A stretch of 42,848 nucleotides of DNA from Alphaproteobacteria bacterium. GTDB taxonomy: Bacteria; Pseudomonadota; Alphaproteobacteria; GCA-2731375. Both the position numbers and the translations under genes were made by a program. The notes below the pieces were generated by a model. That model saw nothing but the letters and a program-made list of their open reading frames with translations, made no database searches and had not been told where the DNA came from. The DNA is taken from contig CBDDBZ010000005.1 in assembly GCA_965225945.1 (NCBI GenBank), forward strand, positions 1-42,848, in the 5' to 3' direction. Shown piece after piece: positions 19,644 through 28,790 of the stretch. Each line of letters opens with the position of its first letter. The stretch's first letter is position 1.

Positions 19644-20591
19644 TCAATAGCCCGAAAAAGCGGCGCACCCGCCGAGAACACTCCGCGCCGCGGACTGGGC
19701 GGCGGTGACGCCGTCGGCCATCGCCTGCACGAGCTGGCCGCCATAGCCGGCGCGGAGCGCACCCACGGCGTAGAACCCCACGAGCGAGGTTTGGAGGCCG
19801 CCGTCCACCAGCAAGGCACCGTCCCCGGCCCGCGCGACCTCCGCCGGCGCCAAGTCCGCGGCCGGCGCGACGCCGATGAAGACGAAGACACCGGTGCAGG
19901 CGAGCTCCTCCGTCGTGGCGCCATCGGGTCCGGCCAGGCGAACGGCCTCGACGTTGTCGCCACCCAGGACTTCCTCGACCCGGCTCTCCCAGCGAAAGCG
20001 GAACTTGGGATCGTCGGCCGCACGCGCGACGTAGGCGGGCTTGGCTCGCAGACGATTGCCCCGGTGCACGATGGTGACGCTGCGGCAGCTCTCGGCCAGG
20101 TGCATCGCCTCCTGCAACGCCGCGTCACCGCCGCCGACGACCACCACGTCCTCTGCTTGAAAAAAGCCGGCATCGCAGAAGGCGCACTGCGAGACGCCAC
20201 GCCCGAAGAGCGCCGCCTCCCCCACCACGCCGAGCCGGCGGAGCTTGGCCCCTGTCGCCAGGATCACGTGGTCGCTGGCGAGCGTCGTCCCGCCGGCAGC
20301 GACGATCTTGCGCCCTTCCTCGAATTTCACGCTCTCGACAGGGCCCGGATGAAAGGCGGCGCCCGCGTTCATCGCGCGATCGAGCAGCCGGTAGGCATAC
20401 TCGGCACCCCCGACGGCCTCGCCGCCCGGCAACCCGTCCACCACGCCGACGTTGGCGACCAGGCCGCCCGGCAGTTCGCCCTCGCAGATCGTGACCGAGA
20501 GCCCGAGAGCCCGCGCATGAGCGGCCGCCGCCAACCCGGCGAGGCCAGCGCCGATGACGATCACGTCGTCCGTCGCCGGTTGTGGCGCCAT
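19644..20591 (-). CDS. Thioredoxin reductase-like FAD/NAD(P)H disulfide oxidoreductase
   Basis: VIGAGLAG, ATGA, GVSQCAFCD (CxxC), VVGGGDAALQEA, GVFVFIG. Confidence 0.9.
   Translation of the reverse strand: MAPQPATDDVIVIGAGLAGLAAAAHARALGLSVTICEGELPGGLVANVGVVDGLPGGEAVGGAEYAYRLLDRAMNAGAAFHPGPVESVKFEEGRKIVAAGGTTLASDHVILATGAKLRRLGVVGEAALFGRGVSQCAFCDAGFFQAEDVVVVGGGDAALQEAMHLAESCRSVTIVHRGNRLRAKPAYVARAADDPKFRFRWESRVEEVLGGDNVEAVRLAGPDGATTEELACTGVFVFIGVAPAADLAPAEVARAGDGALLVDGGLQTSLVGFYAVGALRAGYGGQLVQAMADGVTAAQSAARSVLGGCAAFSGY
19666..19713 (-). repeat. att-like direct repeat within the current 3' end of the TrxB-like gene
   Basis: Matches 16580-16627; encodes GVTAAQSAARSVLGG and continues CAAFSGY-stop. 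Confidence 0.9.
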
Positions 20592-20603
20592 GACATCTCC
20601 CCT

Positions 20604-21779
20604 TCAATTCGCGATCTCGCGGACGACCCGGCAGGGCGGAAAGCCCCAGGACGGGAAATAGGCCCCTTGCGGGATCGCCAAATTGCCGCCGGCGACGATC
20701 AGCGTGATGTCCTGCGGCCCCGCCACGGCGGGGATCGCTCCGCTCTCGGCCGCCTCGCGCACCCACGCCGGCCAGCGCTCCGCCTCGATCAGGCGGGTGG
20801 CGAGCCAACTCTCCCGCCAGGCCTCCGCCGGCATTCGCCCGGTTTCGAACAGGCGCCGCTTGACGTCCGACTTGGTCCAGCCCCGGCTCGCCAGCTCCTG
20901 GGCGACGAACGGCGCCAGGACCACCGCGACGATGCCGTTATAGAGCATGGTGAAGATCGAGGGGGCGGAGCCCATCGCGCTCGCCAGGTCGGCGAGACCG
21001 CCGGTGACGTTGACGCAGGTCTCGGCCCGCTGCACCACGGCGACCGTCGCCTCGGGCGCATGGCCCAGCTCGACGGCGAGCGACTCCCACGGATTGTCCT
21101 CGATGCATTCGGCGAGGCAGAGGGTGTAGCGGCCAGGCTGGGCGAGCCCGGCGAAGGAGACCGCGGCCGGCCAGCCGCCGCCGATGTTGTGCATCACCAG
21201 GCGCAGCGCCCGGCCGACCGCGGCGTTCGCCCGCCAGCCCGGGCCCAGCGCGCCGAAGCCGTCGTTGAAACCGGCCCGACGGGTGGCGGGCCCGCTCAGG
21301 ATCAGCAGCGGCGCCACGTTCTCGTCCGTGGTCTGCACGCCGCGCAAGTTGAACTCGGGCTCGGCCACTGCCTCGACCGCCGCCAGCACGAAGGGAAACA
21401 GCTCCGGCACGCAGCCGGCCATGACGGCGTTGGCGGCGATCCGCTCCACCGTCGCCAAGCCCATCAGCGGTTCCAGTTCGCCCACCACCTCGCGCGCGTC
21501 CCGCTCGGCGCCCCGGACCATCGCTTCCACCCGGCCCAGGGTCGGCGGCACGACCGGCAGCCCGTCGGTCCAGCCACGACGGTAGTAGAGCTCGCCCATG
21601 AGGTTCTCCGGCGTCTCGCCCTGGAGCACCTCGACCCGCTGGCGCGGAAATTCGCCGACCGCGCTCAGTCGGTCGTCGAGCCCCTTCTCCGCCACCCGCT
21701 GGCGCAGGACATCGTCGATCCAGCCGCCGTCGCGGCGCTGGGCCGTCGGCAGCAGAAGCCAGAGGCTTCGCCCGGCCAC
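20604..21779 (-). CDS. Uncharacterised protein, paralog of the C-terminal domain of the upstream selenoprotein
   Basis: GWTDGLPVVPPT, IAANAVMAGC.P and RANAAVGRALRL mirror the motifs of the upstream gene; GTG start 4 nt after its stop. Confidence 0.82.
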   Translation of the reverse strand: MAGRSLWLLLPTAQRRDGGWIDDVLRQRVAEKGLDDRLSAVGEFPRQRVEVLQGETPENLMGELYYRRGWTDGLPVVPPTLGRVEAMVRGAERDAREVVGELEPLMGLATVERIAANAVMAGCVPELFPFVLAAVEAVAEPEFNLRGVQTTDENVAPLLILSGPATRRAGFNDGFGALGPGWRANAAVGRALRLVMHNIGGGWPAAVSFAGLAQPGRYTLCLAECIEDNPWESLAVELGHAPEATVAVVQRAETCVNVTGGLADLASAMGSAPSIFTMLYNGIVAVVLAPFVAQELASRGWTKSDVKRRLFETGRMPAEAWRESWLATRLIEAERWPAWVREAAESGAIPAVAGPQDITLIVAGGNLAIPQGAYFPSWGFPPCRVVREIAN

Positions 21780-21783
21780 CCGC

Positions 21784-23532
21784 TCACATCTCGCGGGCCT
21801 GGGCCAGCTTGCCCGACCAGTCGGCCGGCAGGCGCACTGCCTTCGTCGTGGGGAAGCCGAGGATGCCGTTGTGGGCGAAGACGAAGGCGTTGGTGCGCAG
21901 CGGGTCGCCGGCAACCGCGATCATGTAGTCGCTCGCGTCGCAGACGATCGGCACCAGGCGCTCGGGATCGCTCGACTCCGCGAAGATCCGGGGCGCCTTC
22001 CCCAGGTTGACGAGATCGACCAGCGATCGCCGGCCCGCCACCAGGTTGGTCCAATGGCCGATATAGCGCTCGAACTTCCAGGCCGGCAGGCGCGCGTGCT
22101 CGAACAGCCACTGCTTGACGTCGGCCTTGGAGAATCCGGACCTGGCGATGGTCTCCGCCAGCACCGGGCTCAGCACCAGGAGCGGCTTGTAGCCCCCGGT
22201 CGAGAGACCGATGGTGAAGCAGAGCTGCCAGCCGGAGCCCTTGACCAGCGCGTCGGCGAGATAGGGCAGCATCTGCTCCGCCGTATGGCCGAAGACCGAG
22301 GCGATGCAGTCGCCCCCGGTGAAGCGGGAGACGGTGACCGCGCTCGTCCCCGGCGCGATGCCCTGATCGGCAGCGATGGAGGGCCAGCCAATGCTGTCGA
22401 GCACGCTCTCGTTCTCGGCCAGCACGACCCGCCAGGTGCCGCCATAGGTCGCCTTGTCGGTCTCGTGCGGCAGGAAGCCGGCGACGTTCCTCAGCATCAG
22501 GCGCCAGAAGCGGCCGATCGAGGTGTTGGCTTGGAAGCCGTCGCGCAGCACGCCCTGCTCGAAGTTGAAGCCGAGGTCGTGGATGATCGGCCCGTTAACG
22601 ACGATCAGGGTCTCCGCCCCAGGTGTATTACCGCTGTGCTCGACGCCGTAGGTCGAATCGACCATCGCCTCGACCAGCGCCATCAAGACCGGCAGGTATT
22701 CCGGCCGGCAGCCGGCCATCACGCCGTTGACCGCGACGTTCCAGGGGCTGGCGGACCGGTTGTCCGGCGCCAGGACGCCGATCTCGGCGTTCGGGTCCAG
22801 CTCGGCGAAACGCAGGAAGGCCTCGACCTTGGCCGGTGTCGGCGGCACCACGGGCAGGCCGTCGCTCCAGCCGTTCTCGTAGAAGAAGCGGTTCACGTCC
22901 TCGAAGCCGCCGGTGAAGACGATGTCGCTGGCCGAGGGCTCGTTGATCGCGACCGCGTCCGCCGGCTGGCTCAGCAGGTTGTCGATCACCCGCTCGAGGG
23001 TCACCGAGCCTATGTTGTCTCGGAGCTCGTCGTCGGATTGACCGTCGACATGCCCGGGCACCAGGGCCACGGGCAGGTTGGGCAGCCCGATGCCGACCGA
23101 GGTGGTCGCGGCCTGGCCGAGGAAGCCCTCACAGACCAGGGACGAGGTGGGAATTCCGGCTTTCTCGGCGACGGCGCTCGCCCGCAGCACGGCGGGCGTG
23201 CAGCTGCCTCAGCAGCCCATTCCGGAGATGACGGCATCGACCCCAAACTCGTGCAAGCGGTCCGCCAAGGTCGCCAGGATCTCCGCCTCCCCCTCGCCGT
23301 GGGTCGAGCCGAACGCGTCCCAGCGCACGAACTCGATGCCGGGATAGCGCTGCTCCAGCTTGCCCTCCAGCATGGTGAAGATCTCGTCGCCCCGGAATAG
23401 ATAGTCCCAGAGCTGGCATACCGTCTTGCCCTCGAGCGTATCCAGTCGCGGCGCCAGCGGCGTGACCTCGATGGTCTTCTCCCCGCGTGGCCACACGACC
23501 TCGTAGCGCCCGCCGTCGTCGTTCACGGTCAT
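21784..23532 (-). CDS. Putative selenoprotein (UGSC-motif family) fused to a large DGLPVVPPT domain; TGA at 23209-23211 read as Sec108
   Basis: atg ggc tgc TGA ggc agc tgc acg = MGC-U-GSCT joins ORFs 23209-23532 and 21784-23190 in one frame (582 aa). A SECIS-like hairpin follows, and GGAGG lies upstream of ATG 23532. Confidence 0.85.
23173..23208 (-). promoter_or_regulatory. Candidate bacterial SECIS element
   Basis: mRNA after UGA: GGC-A-GCU-GCA-CGCCCGC-[CGUGCU]-GCGGGCG-AGC-GCC. The upper stem is a perfect 7 bp, the loop starts 17 nt after UGA and has GU at positions 2-3. Confidence 0.72.
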
Positions 23533-23711
23533 CTCAGCAGCTCCTCCGAATTGCCCTCGCGCGGTCGAACAGAGCCTATTCTAGCCGCGGCAACGCAGAC
23601 CCGCCATGCCCGCCGACGTGGCCTGTCCGGCCCGGGCGGAATTCACGAGCCCGTGTTCGCCATTGCGCCCGCCCCGCTCGGCTGGCAGAATTCCGCCGAC
23701 GTCGCTCGGTT

Positions 23712-23775
23712 GCGCGAGCGTTCCTTCCGAGCCGGGAAGGCGCGCGCCTTCCCGGCTCGGAAGGAACGCTCGCGC
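23712..23775. repeat. Perfect 64-bp palindrome with no loop in a divergent intergenic region
   Basis: gcgcgagcgttccttccgagccgggaaggcgc|gcgccttcccggctcggaaggaacgctcgcgc. Confidence 0.95.
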
Positions 23776-23843
23776 GTTTCGCCTGCCGCCGCGACGACGG
23801 TCCGTTGGTTCGACACACGGGCGCGGCTTGGAAGGAGACGATA

Positions 23844-24662
23844 ATGCATGATTCACCTATCCGGTCCCTGGCTATCGGCCTCGCCGCCGCCGGCGTGTTG
23901 GTGCTTTCGGCGACGGGCGCGGCCGCCGCGCCGCAGGCGCTGGCCCTGGTCGCCACCTTGGGCGAGGTCCCGCTGAGTTGCGAATCCGGGGTCTGCAAGG
24001 CCGAGTTTTCCGCCTTCTGCCTGCAGCCCGATCGCTACACGCCGATGAAGGGCACGCGCTATCACATGGTCCAGGGCGGTGATTTGAAGCTGCTCGGCAA
24101 GCGCGCGGACGGCAAGGACGTGGTTCTGGCGGCGGCCGAGAACCTGGACTTCCACTCCAAGCGCACTCACGTCGCGCTGGAGATCTCCATCCCGCGCTCG
24201 CGGCTGGCGAAGCTCGGCGTGGAGAGCGTCCGAATCGCCGTCGGCAAGAATGTCTCGCTCATGCCCGAGGCACGGCCGAACGATCCCAATCCGATAACGG
24301 AAGCCGACCTGGTGCTCGCCGGACGACTCCGCACCCTCGGCGCCAAGATCATCGACCGCAACCCGGATCACATGGTCGCGGCGCGCATCACCAGCCGCAT
24401 GATCAACGCCCTGCCCGAGCTCGGCCGCGTCTCGACAGCCGAGAACGACGTGGTCTGGAAGCAGGCGTTGAACACCGCGGGCGGCAACGAGATCTCGCCC
24501 CTGGCGCGGAAGTTGGCCCGCCAGGCGGTCGAATTTTGCGATTTCGCCGCCGAGCGCAAGGCGCGCCACGGCGGCATGCGGCGTTGCCTGCAGAAGGAAC
24601 ACGACAACATGCTCGACATCCTGAATTCCGGCTATTGGAGCGCCGTGAAGACGGGCAGTTAG
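23844..24662 (+). CDS. Hypothetical exported protein with several Cys residues
   Basis: AAGGAG RBS; signal-peptide-like N-terminus (SLAIGLAAAGVLVLSATGAAA); host-like codon usage. Confidence 0.75.
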   Translation: MHDSPIRSLAIGLAAAGVLVLSATGAAAAPQALALVATLGEVPLSCESGVCKAEFSAFCLQPDRYTPMKGTRYHMVQGGDLKLLGKRADGKDVVLAAAENLDFHSKRTHVALEISIPRSRLAKLGVESVRIAVGKNVSLMPEARPNDPNPITEADLVLAGRLRTLGAKIIDRNPDHMVAARITSRMINALPELGRVSTAENDVVWKQALNTAGGNEISPLARKLARQAVEFCDFAAERKARHGGMRRCLQKEHDNMLDILNSGYWSAVKTGS

Positions 24663-24704
24663 GGCCTTTTCCCGGTTTCCCGGGCAAGCCGGCGACCGTT
24701 TGAA

Positions 24705-25679
24705 GTGAGCCTATCGCGCAAGGCTTCGCGTGGACATATCGAGACGGCGGCGGTGTTGACCGCCGCCGTCTTGTTTCTCAGCTGCCCTCCCTCGGCCGGC
24801 GCCGCCGACCAGGCGACTCTGGAGGCCTGCGTCGAGGGTACCGGTATCCCTGAACGCGACTACCAACTCTGTACGCGCGCGATCGCCGATTGCGGCAAGG
24901 AGGGCGTCGAACTCGCCACGCTCCACATCGCCCGCGGCCTCGCCTTGGCGGCGGTCGGCGCACACGACAAGGCGATCCTGGACTTCGATCGCGGCCTCGC
25001 GCTCAATCCGGCCTCCGCGGCGGCGCTGCATGCGCGCGGACTATCGCATCAGGCGCGCGGCCGGTGGGCCGCCTCGATCGCGGATTTCGATTCCGCGATT
25101 GTCCTCTTCCCGCATTACTTCAACGGCTTCCGCCATCGCGGCACGACCCGCCTGCTGTCGGGCGATTTCGAGGCGGCTCTGGTCGATTTCGATCACGCGA
25201 TCAGGCTCGACGCCTCCAAGCCTTCGGTCTTCATGTTCCGGGGCATCGCCCGCTATCTCGTCGGCCCGGAAGTCGCGGCGATCGCCGACTTCGAGCGCGC
25301 GGCGGCCATGCGCTTTCCCCAAACCCATCTCGACGTCTGGCGGCTCCTGGCCCGGCGCGGGCTCGGCGAGGCGGCGAGGGCGGGGTTGCCGAAAATCCGT
25401 CTCGGGGTCGACGCCGACGCGCCGCCGTGGCTCGCCGCCCTCACTCGGCGAATCGCGGACGGCGGCGAGGCGGCGGCCGTCTGGGCGACGATAGAGGCGG
25501 TGGCTCCGAGGCGGCGCCCCAAGGCGGTCGAGGTGGTGGGCTTCTATCTGGCGCTCGACGCCCGGGCGCGGGGCGACGAGGGTGCGGCGCGGGCCCATCT
25601 CGCGCGGGCCACCGAGGCGGCGGGGCATCTGAGTATCGAGGGCGCGCTCGCCCGGGTCGTGGCGGCCCGGGAACGCTGA
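24705..25679 (+). CDS. Exported tetratricopeptide-repeat protein (NlpI-like)
   Basis: Signal-like N-terminus; repeated RG.A.....A..DFD.A..L.P TPR units. Confidence 0.8.
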   Translation: MSLSRKASRGHIETAAVLTAAVLFLSCPPSAGAADQATLEACVEGTGIPERDYQLCTRAIADCGKEGVELATLHIARGLALAAVGAHDKAILDFDRGLALNPASAAALHARGLSHQARGRWAASIADFDSAIVLFPHYFNGFRHRGTTRLLSGDFEAALVDFDHAIRLDASKPSVFMFRGIARYLVGPEVAAIADFERAAAMRFPQTHLDVWRLLARRGLGEAARAGLPKIRLGVDADAPPWLAALTRRIADGGEAAAVWATIEAVAPRRRPKAVEVVGFYLALDARARGDEGAARAHLARATEAAGHLSIEGALARVVAARER

Positions 25680-25707
25680 ACCGGCCGAGAATGGGAGGCA
25701 CGAAATC

Positions 25708-26781
25708 ATGCAATACGGCACGTTCAACCTGGCCCCCCAGCGCAATCCGGCCGACGGCGAGGGCAGAATCATCGGCAACGTCGTCGAGCAGGTCCGGATC
25801 GCGGAAGCGCTCGGCTTCGACGTCGCCTGGATCGCCGAGCATCATTTCTCCAACCTGAGTCTCTCCCCCTCGCCGCTGATGACGGCGGCGCATCTGGCCG
25901 GCCTGACGGAGCGGATCGGCCTCGGCACCGGCGTCGTGGTGCTGCCACTCTACCAGCCGATGCGACTGGTGGAGGAGATCGCCTATGTCGACATCCTCTC
26001 CGGCGGGCGGCTGCATCTCGGCATCGGCAGCGGCAGCCAGGCCCATGAATCGCGCGGCCTCGGCACCGACCTCCTCGATGCCCGGACGCGTTTCGAGGAA
26101 GTCCTCGACATCATCGAGATGGCCTTCGAGAACGGCGTCGTCGAACACCGGGGCCGGCATTTCGAGATTCCGGAAACCACCCTCTCGCTGCGCCCGGTGC
26201 AGCGGCCGCATCCGCCGATCTATTTGGCCGGACTGGCGGGCGACGCGGCATTGATGGAACGGGCCGCCAGGCGCGGTTACATCCCCTTCGCCTCGGCCGC
26301 TTGGGCGCCGGTCGCGGCGGTGGCGGCGAAGCGCGAAGGCTATGTCGAGGGCTACCGCGCCGCCGGCCTTGACCCGGCGAGCATGCCCTTCGCGGCCCAG
26401 CGCCTGATCTACGTCACCGACGATTCCTCGGACGCGGCGAACGCGGCCGAACACGCGATTTACACCTACCGCGTCGTCCGGGCGGCGAAGAGCGGCCGGG
26501 CCCATTTCGACGGCCACGTCATTCGGCCCGACCCGGTGCCGGGCGAGGACGGGGTGGAGATCATCCTTCGCGACGGAATGGTCGGCAGCGCCGAGCACGT
26601 GGCCGAGAAACTGGTCGCCGACATCCAGGGCCTCGGTCTCACCCATATGAGCTGTTTCATGAACTTCGGCGGGCTGGAGCACGAACGCGTGGTCCGATCG
26701 ATGGAACGCTTCATGCGCGACGTCGTGCCGGCGGCGGAAGCGGCGCTCGGCGGCGACGCGCGGCGCGCGACCGGCGATTGA
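25708..26781 (+). CDS. LLM-class (luciferase-like) flavin-dependent oxidoreductase
   Basis: AEALGFDVAWIAEHHF, RIGLGTGVVVLP, RLVEE..VDILSGGRL.LGIG.G, RPVQRPHPPI. Confidence 0.92.
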   Translation: MQYGTFNLAPQRNPADGEGRIIGNVVEQVRIAEALGFDVAWIAEHHFSNLSLSPSPLMTAAHLAGLTERIGLGTGVVVLPLYQPMRLVEEIAYVDILSGGRLHLGIGSGSQAHESRGLGTDLLDARTRFEEVLDIIEMAFENGVVEHRGRHFEIPETTLSLRPVQRPHPPIYLAGLAGDAALMERAARRGYIPFASAAWAPVAAVAAKREGYVEGYRAAGLDPASMPFAAQRLIYVTDDSSDAANAAEHAIYTYRVVRAAKSGRAHFDGHVIRPDPVPGEDGVEIILRDGMVGSAEHVAEKLVADIQGLGLTHMSCFMNFGGLEHERVVRSMERFMRDVVPAAEAALGGDARRATGD

Positions 26782-26793
26782 GGAACCCTACCC

Positions 26794-27816
26794 ATGCGCC
26801 TGGCGCTCCGCATCCTCGGGCTCGTCGTCATCGCGTTCGTCTCGGCGGCGGCGATGCTGTTGCAGTTTCCCTCCATGAAGGAAGGCTATTCGCTCGAGGA
26901 GATCCCCTTCTTCGCCGCCGGCGGTTTCGGCCTGATCGCTATCGGCGTCGCCTGGTGGTGGGGCTCGGGCAAGAATTTCGGCTGGGCCGTGCCGGCCTGG
27001 ATCCTGCTGGCGCCGCCCGCGCTGGCCTGCCTCGTGGTCTCCTGGCAGTTCATGCAGGCCCGCCTAGATAGCGAAACCGCGACGGCCGCCGCGCGCGTCA
27101 CCAGCTACAGGGAAACCTTCATCACCTGGCCGGGTTTCGACGGGCCGGTTGGAATCCGGGTGGCGATCGAGGTGAGCGTGCCCGAATGGGCGGAGGGTCT
27201 GATCTATCCGCCGGAAGTGCGGATGGGTCGCGCGCTGAAAATTCCGCTGGAGGATCTGGCCTCCACCCGCACTTCCGGCAGTGGCTATTTCAAGGATCGC
27301 CATATCGATGCCGAGGTGGGGCAACTGACGCTGCTGAAAACGGTCCTGTTCGATCGTTCGGTGCCGCCTGGATCTAGTCACCGGACACTGGAGCCGGGAG
27401 GCGCGGCCACGCTCCGCTTCGATCTGCACCCCGGGATCATCGATCTGATCCACGGCAGCGCCAAGATCTGCCTCGGCGACGACGCGGTGGACCTGCCCGA
27501 TTGCGCCGAAGGTCAGGAACCGAGATCGGGCTGCATCCGCAAGAGACGCCGGCGGACGCCGCAACCGATCTACACCGAGGGCGCGGATCTGAGCGCGCTC
27601 TCATTCGTCGCCGGTCGCCATGATCTCCGCATCGACCTGAGCCGGGAACTGACCCGCGCGCTGCGCGAGTCGAGCCGCCTACAGGGCGATCCGCCGGCCT
27701 GGACAGCCATGCAACGGCGGCTGGAGCCCCCGGGGCTCGCCCGGGCGGGCTATCGACTCTGCCCGCCTGGCCCCCACTCCCACACTGGCTATCGCGTCTG
27801 CTATTGTCGGCCCTGA
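26794..27816 (+). CDS. Hypothetical membrane protein
   Basis: Three N-terminal hydrophobic segments followed by a soluble domain with a Cys-rich tail; sits tightly between co-directional genes. Confidence 0.7.
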   Translation: MRLALRILGLVVIAFVSAAAMLLQFPSMKEGYSLEEIPFFAAGGFGLIAIGVAWWWGSGKNFGWAVPAWILLAPPALACLVVSWQFMQARLDSETATAAARVTSYRETFITWPGFDGPVGIRVAIEVSVPEWAEGLIYPPEVRMGRALKIPLEDLASTRTSGSGYFKDRHIDAEVGQLTLLKTVLFDRSVPPGSSHRTLEPGGAATLRFDLHPGIIDLIHGSAKICLGDDAVDLPDCAEGQEPRSGCIRKRRRRTPQPIYTEGADLSALSFVAGRHDLRIDLSRELTRALRESSRLQGDPPAWTAMQRRLEPPGLARAGYRLCPPGPHSHTGYRVCYCRP

Positions 27817-27854
27817 GGTCGGCGGCGGGCCGACGACGCGCCGGGGGGAGCCCC

Positions 27855-28775
27855 ATGATTCCAATGCCGGAGGTGATCGAGACCAGGGTCCACGCCGCGC
27901 TGCCGGACGACATGCTGATGAGCGACGCCGAGTCGGCGATGTCGCGTGACATGTTCCGCGGGCGGCCGATCGGCTCGTTCCTGGAAGGCCCCTCCTTCGA
28001 CCGGGACGGCAACCTCTACCTGGTCGACATCGCCCACGGGCGGATCCTGAAGCTCTCGGCCGCGGGCGAATTTTCCACCGTCGCGCACTACGACGGGCAG
28101 CCGAACGGCCTGAAGATCCACCAGGACGGCCGCATCTTCGTCGCCGACCGACAGAACGGCATCGTCGAGATCGACACCGTCAACGGCAAGGCGAGGACCG
28201 TGCTGGGCCGCGACGACCTGCCGGGCTTCAAGGGGCCGAACGACCTCTTCTTCGATTCCAAGGGCAACCTCTTCTTCACCGACCAGGGCGAGACCGGGCT
28301 GCACGATCCGACCGGCCGGGTCTTCATGCGGAGCCCCGACGGCACGCTACGCTGTCTCCTCGACAACGTGCCCAGCCCCAACGGCCTCGTCATGGACCCG
28401 GCGGAAGAGGTGCTCTATGTCGCCGTCACCCGCACCAATTCGGTCTGGCGGGTGCCGATGCGGCCCGACGGCTCGATCCACCGGGTCGCTATCTTCGTCC
28501 GCCTCACCGGCGGCATGGGGCCGGACGGCCTGGCGGTCGACGTGGAAGGCAACCTGGCGGTCGCGCACGCAGGGCTAGGCTGCGTCTGGCTGGTCTCCGC
28601 CAACGGCGTGCCGAGCCACAGGATCGAGGCCTGCGACGGCGGCCGTCTCACCACCAATATCACCTATGGCGGGCCCGAGAATCGAACGCTCTTCATCACC
28701 AACTCCTTTTCGAATAACGTTCTGAGGGCGGAGATGCCACATCCGGGCGAACCGATGTTCGCCCATATGGACTGA
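27855..28775 (+). CDS. SMP-30/gluconolactonase family beta-propeller
   Basis: LEGPSFD, PNGL, GPNDL, FFTDQG, PDGLAVD, TTNITYGG. Confidence 0.92.
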   Translation: MIPMPEVIETRVHAALPDDMLMSDAESAMSRDMFRGRPIGSFLEGPSFDRDGNLYLVDIAHGRILKLSAAGEFSTVAHYDGQPNGLKIHQDGRIFVADRQNGIVEIDTVNGKARTVLGRDDLPGFKGPNDLFFDSKGNLFFTDQGETGLHDPTGRVFMRSPDGTLRCLLDNVPSPNGLVMDPAEEVLYVAVTRTNSVWRVPMRPDGSIHRVAIFVRLTGGMGPDGLAVDVEGNLAVAHAGLGCVWLVSANGVPSHRIEACDGGRLTTNITYGGPENRTLFITNSFSNNVLRAEMPHPGEPMFAHMD

Positions 28776-28790
28776 CGCGGGGAGACCGCG

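Larger units (their letters stand above)
16628..19665. mobile_element. Decayed integrated element (~3 kb) bounded by 48-bp direct repeats
   Basis: Flanking repeats, two IS remnants and a visibly more AT-rich cargo gene; no integrase remains. Confidence 0.72.

Noticed and set aside
23209-23211. TGA as a simple nonsense mutation or a true gene end
   Set aside because: Less likely, given the UGSC motif, the SECIS-like hairpin and the lack of an RBS for a restart at 23190; not fully excluded.
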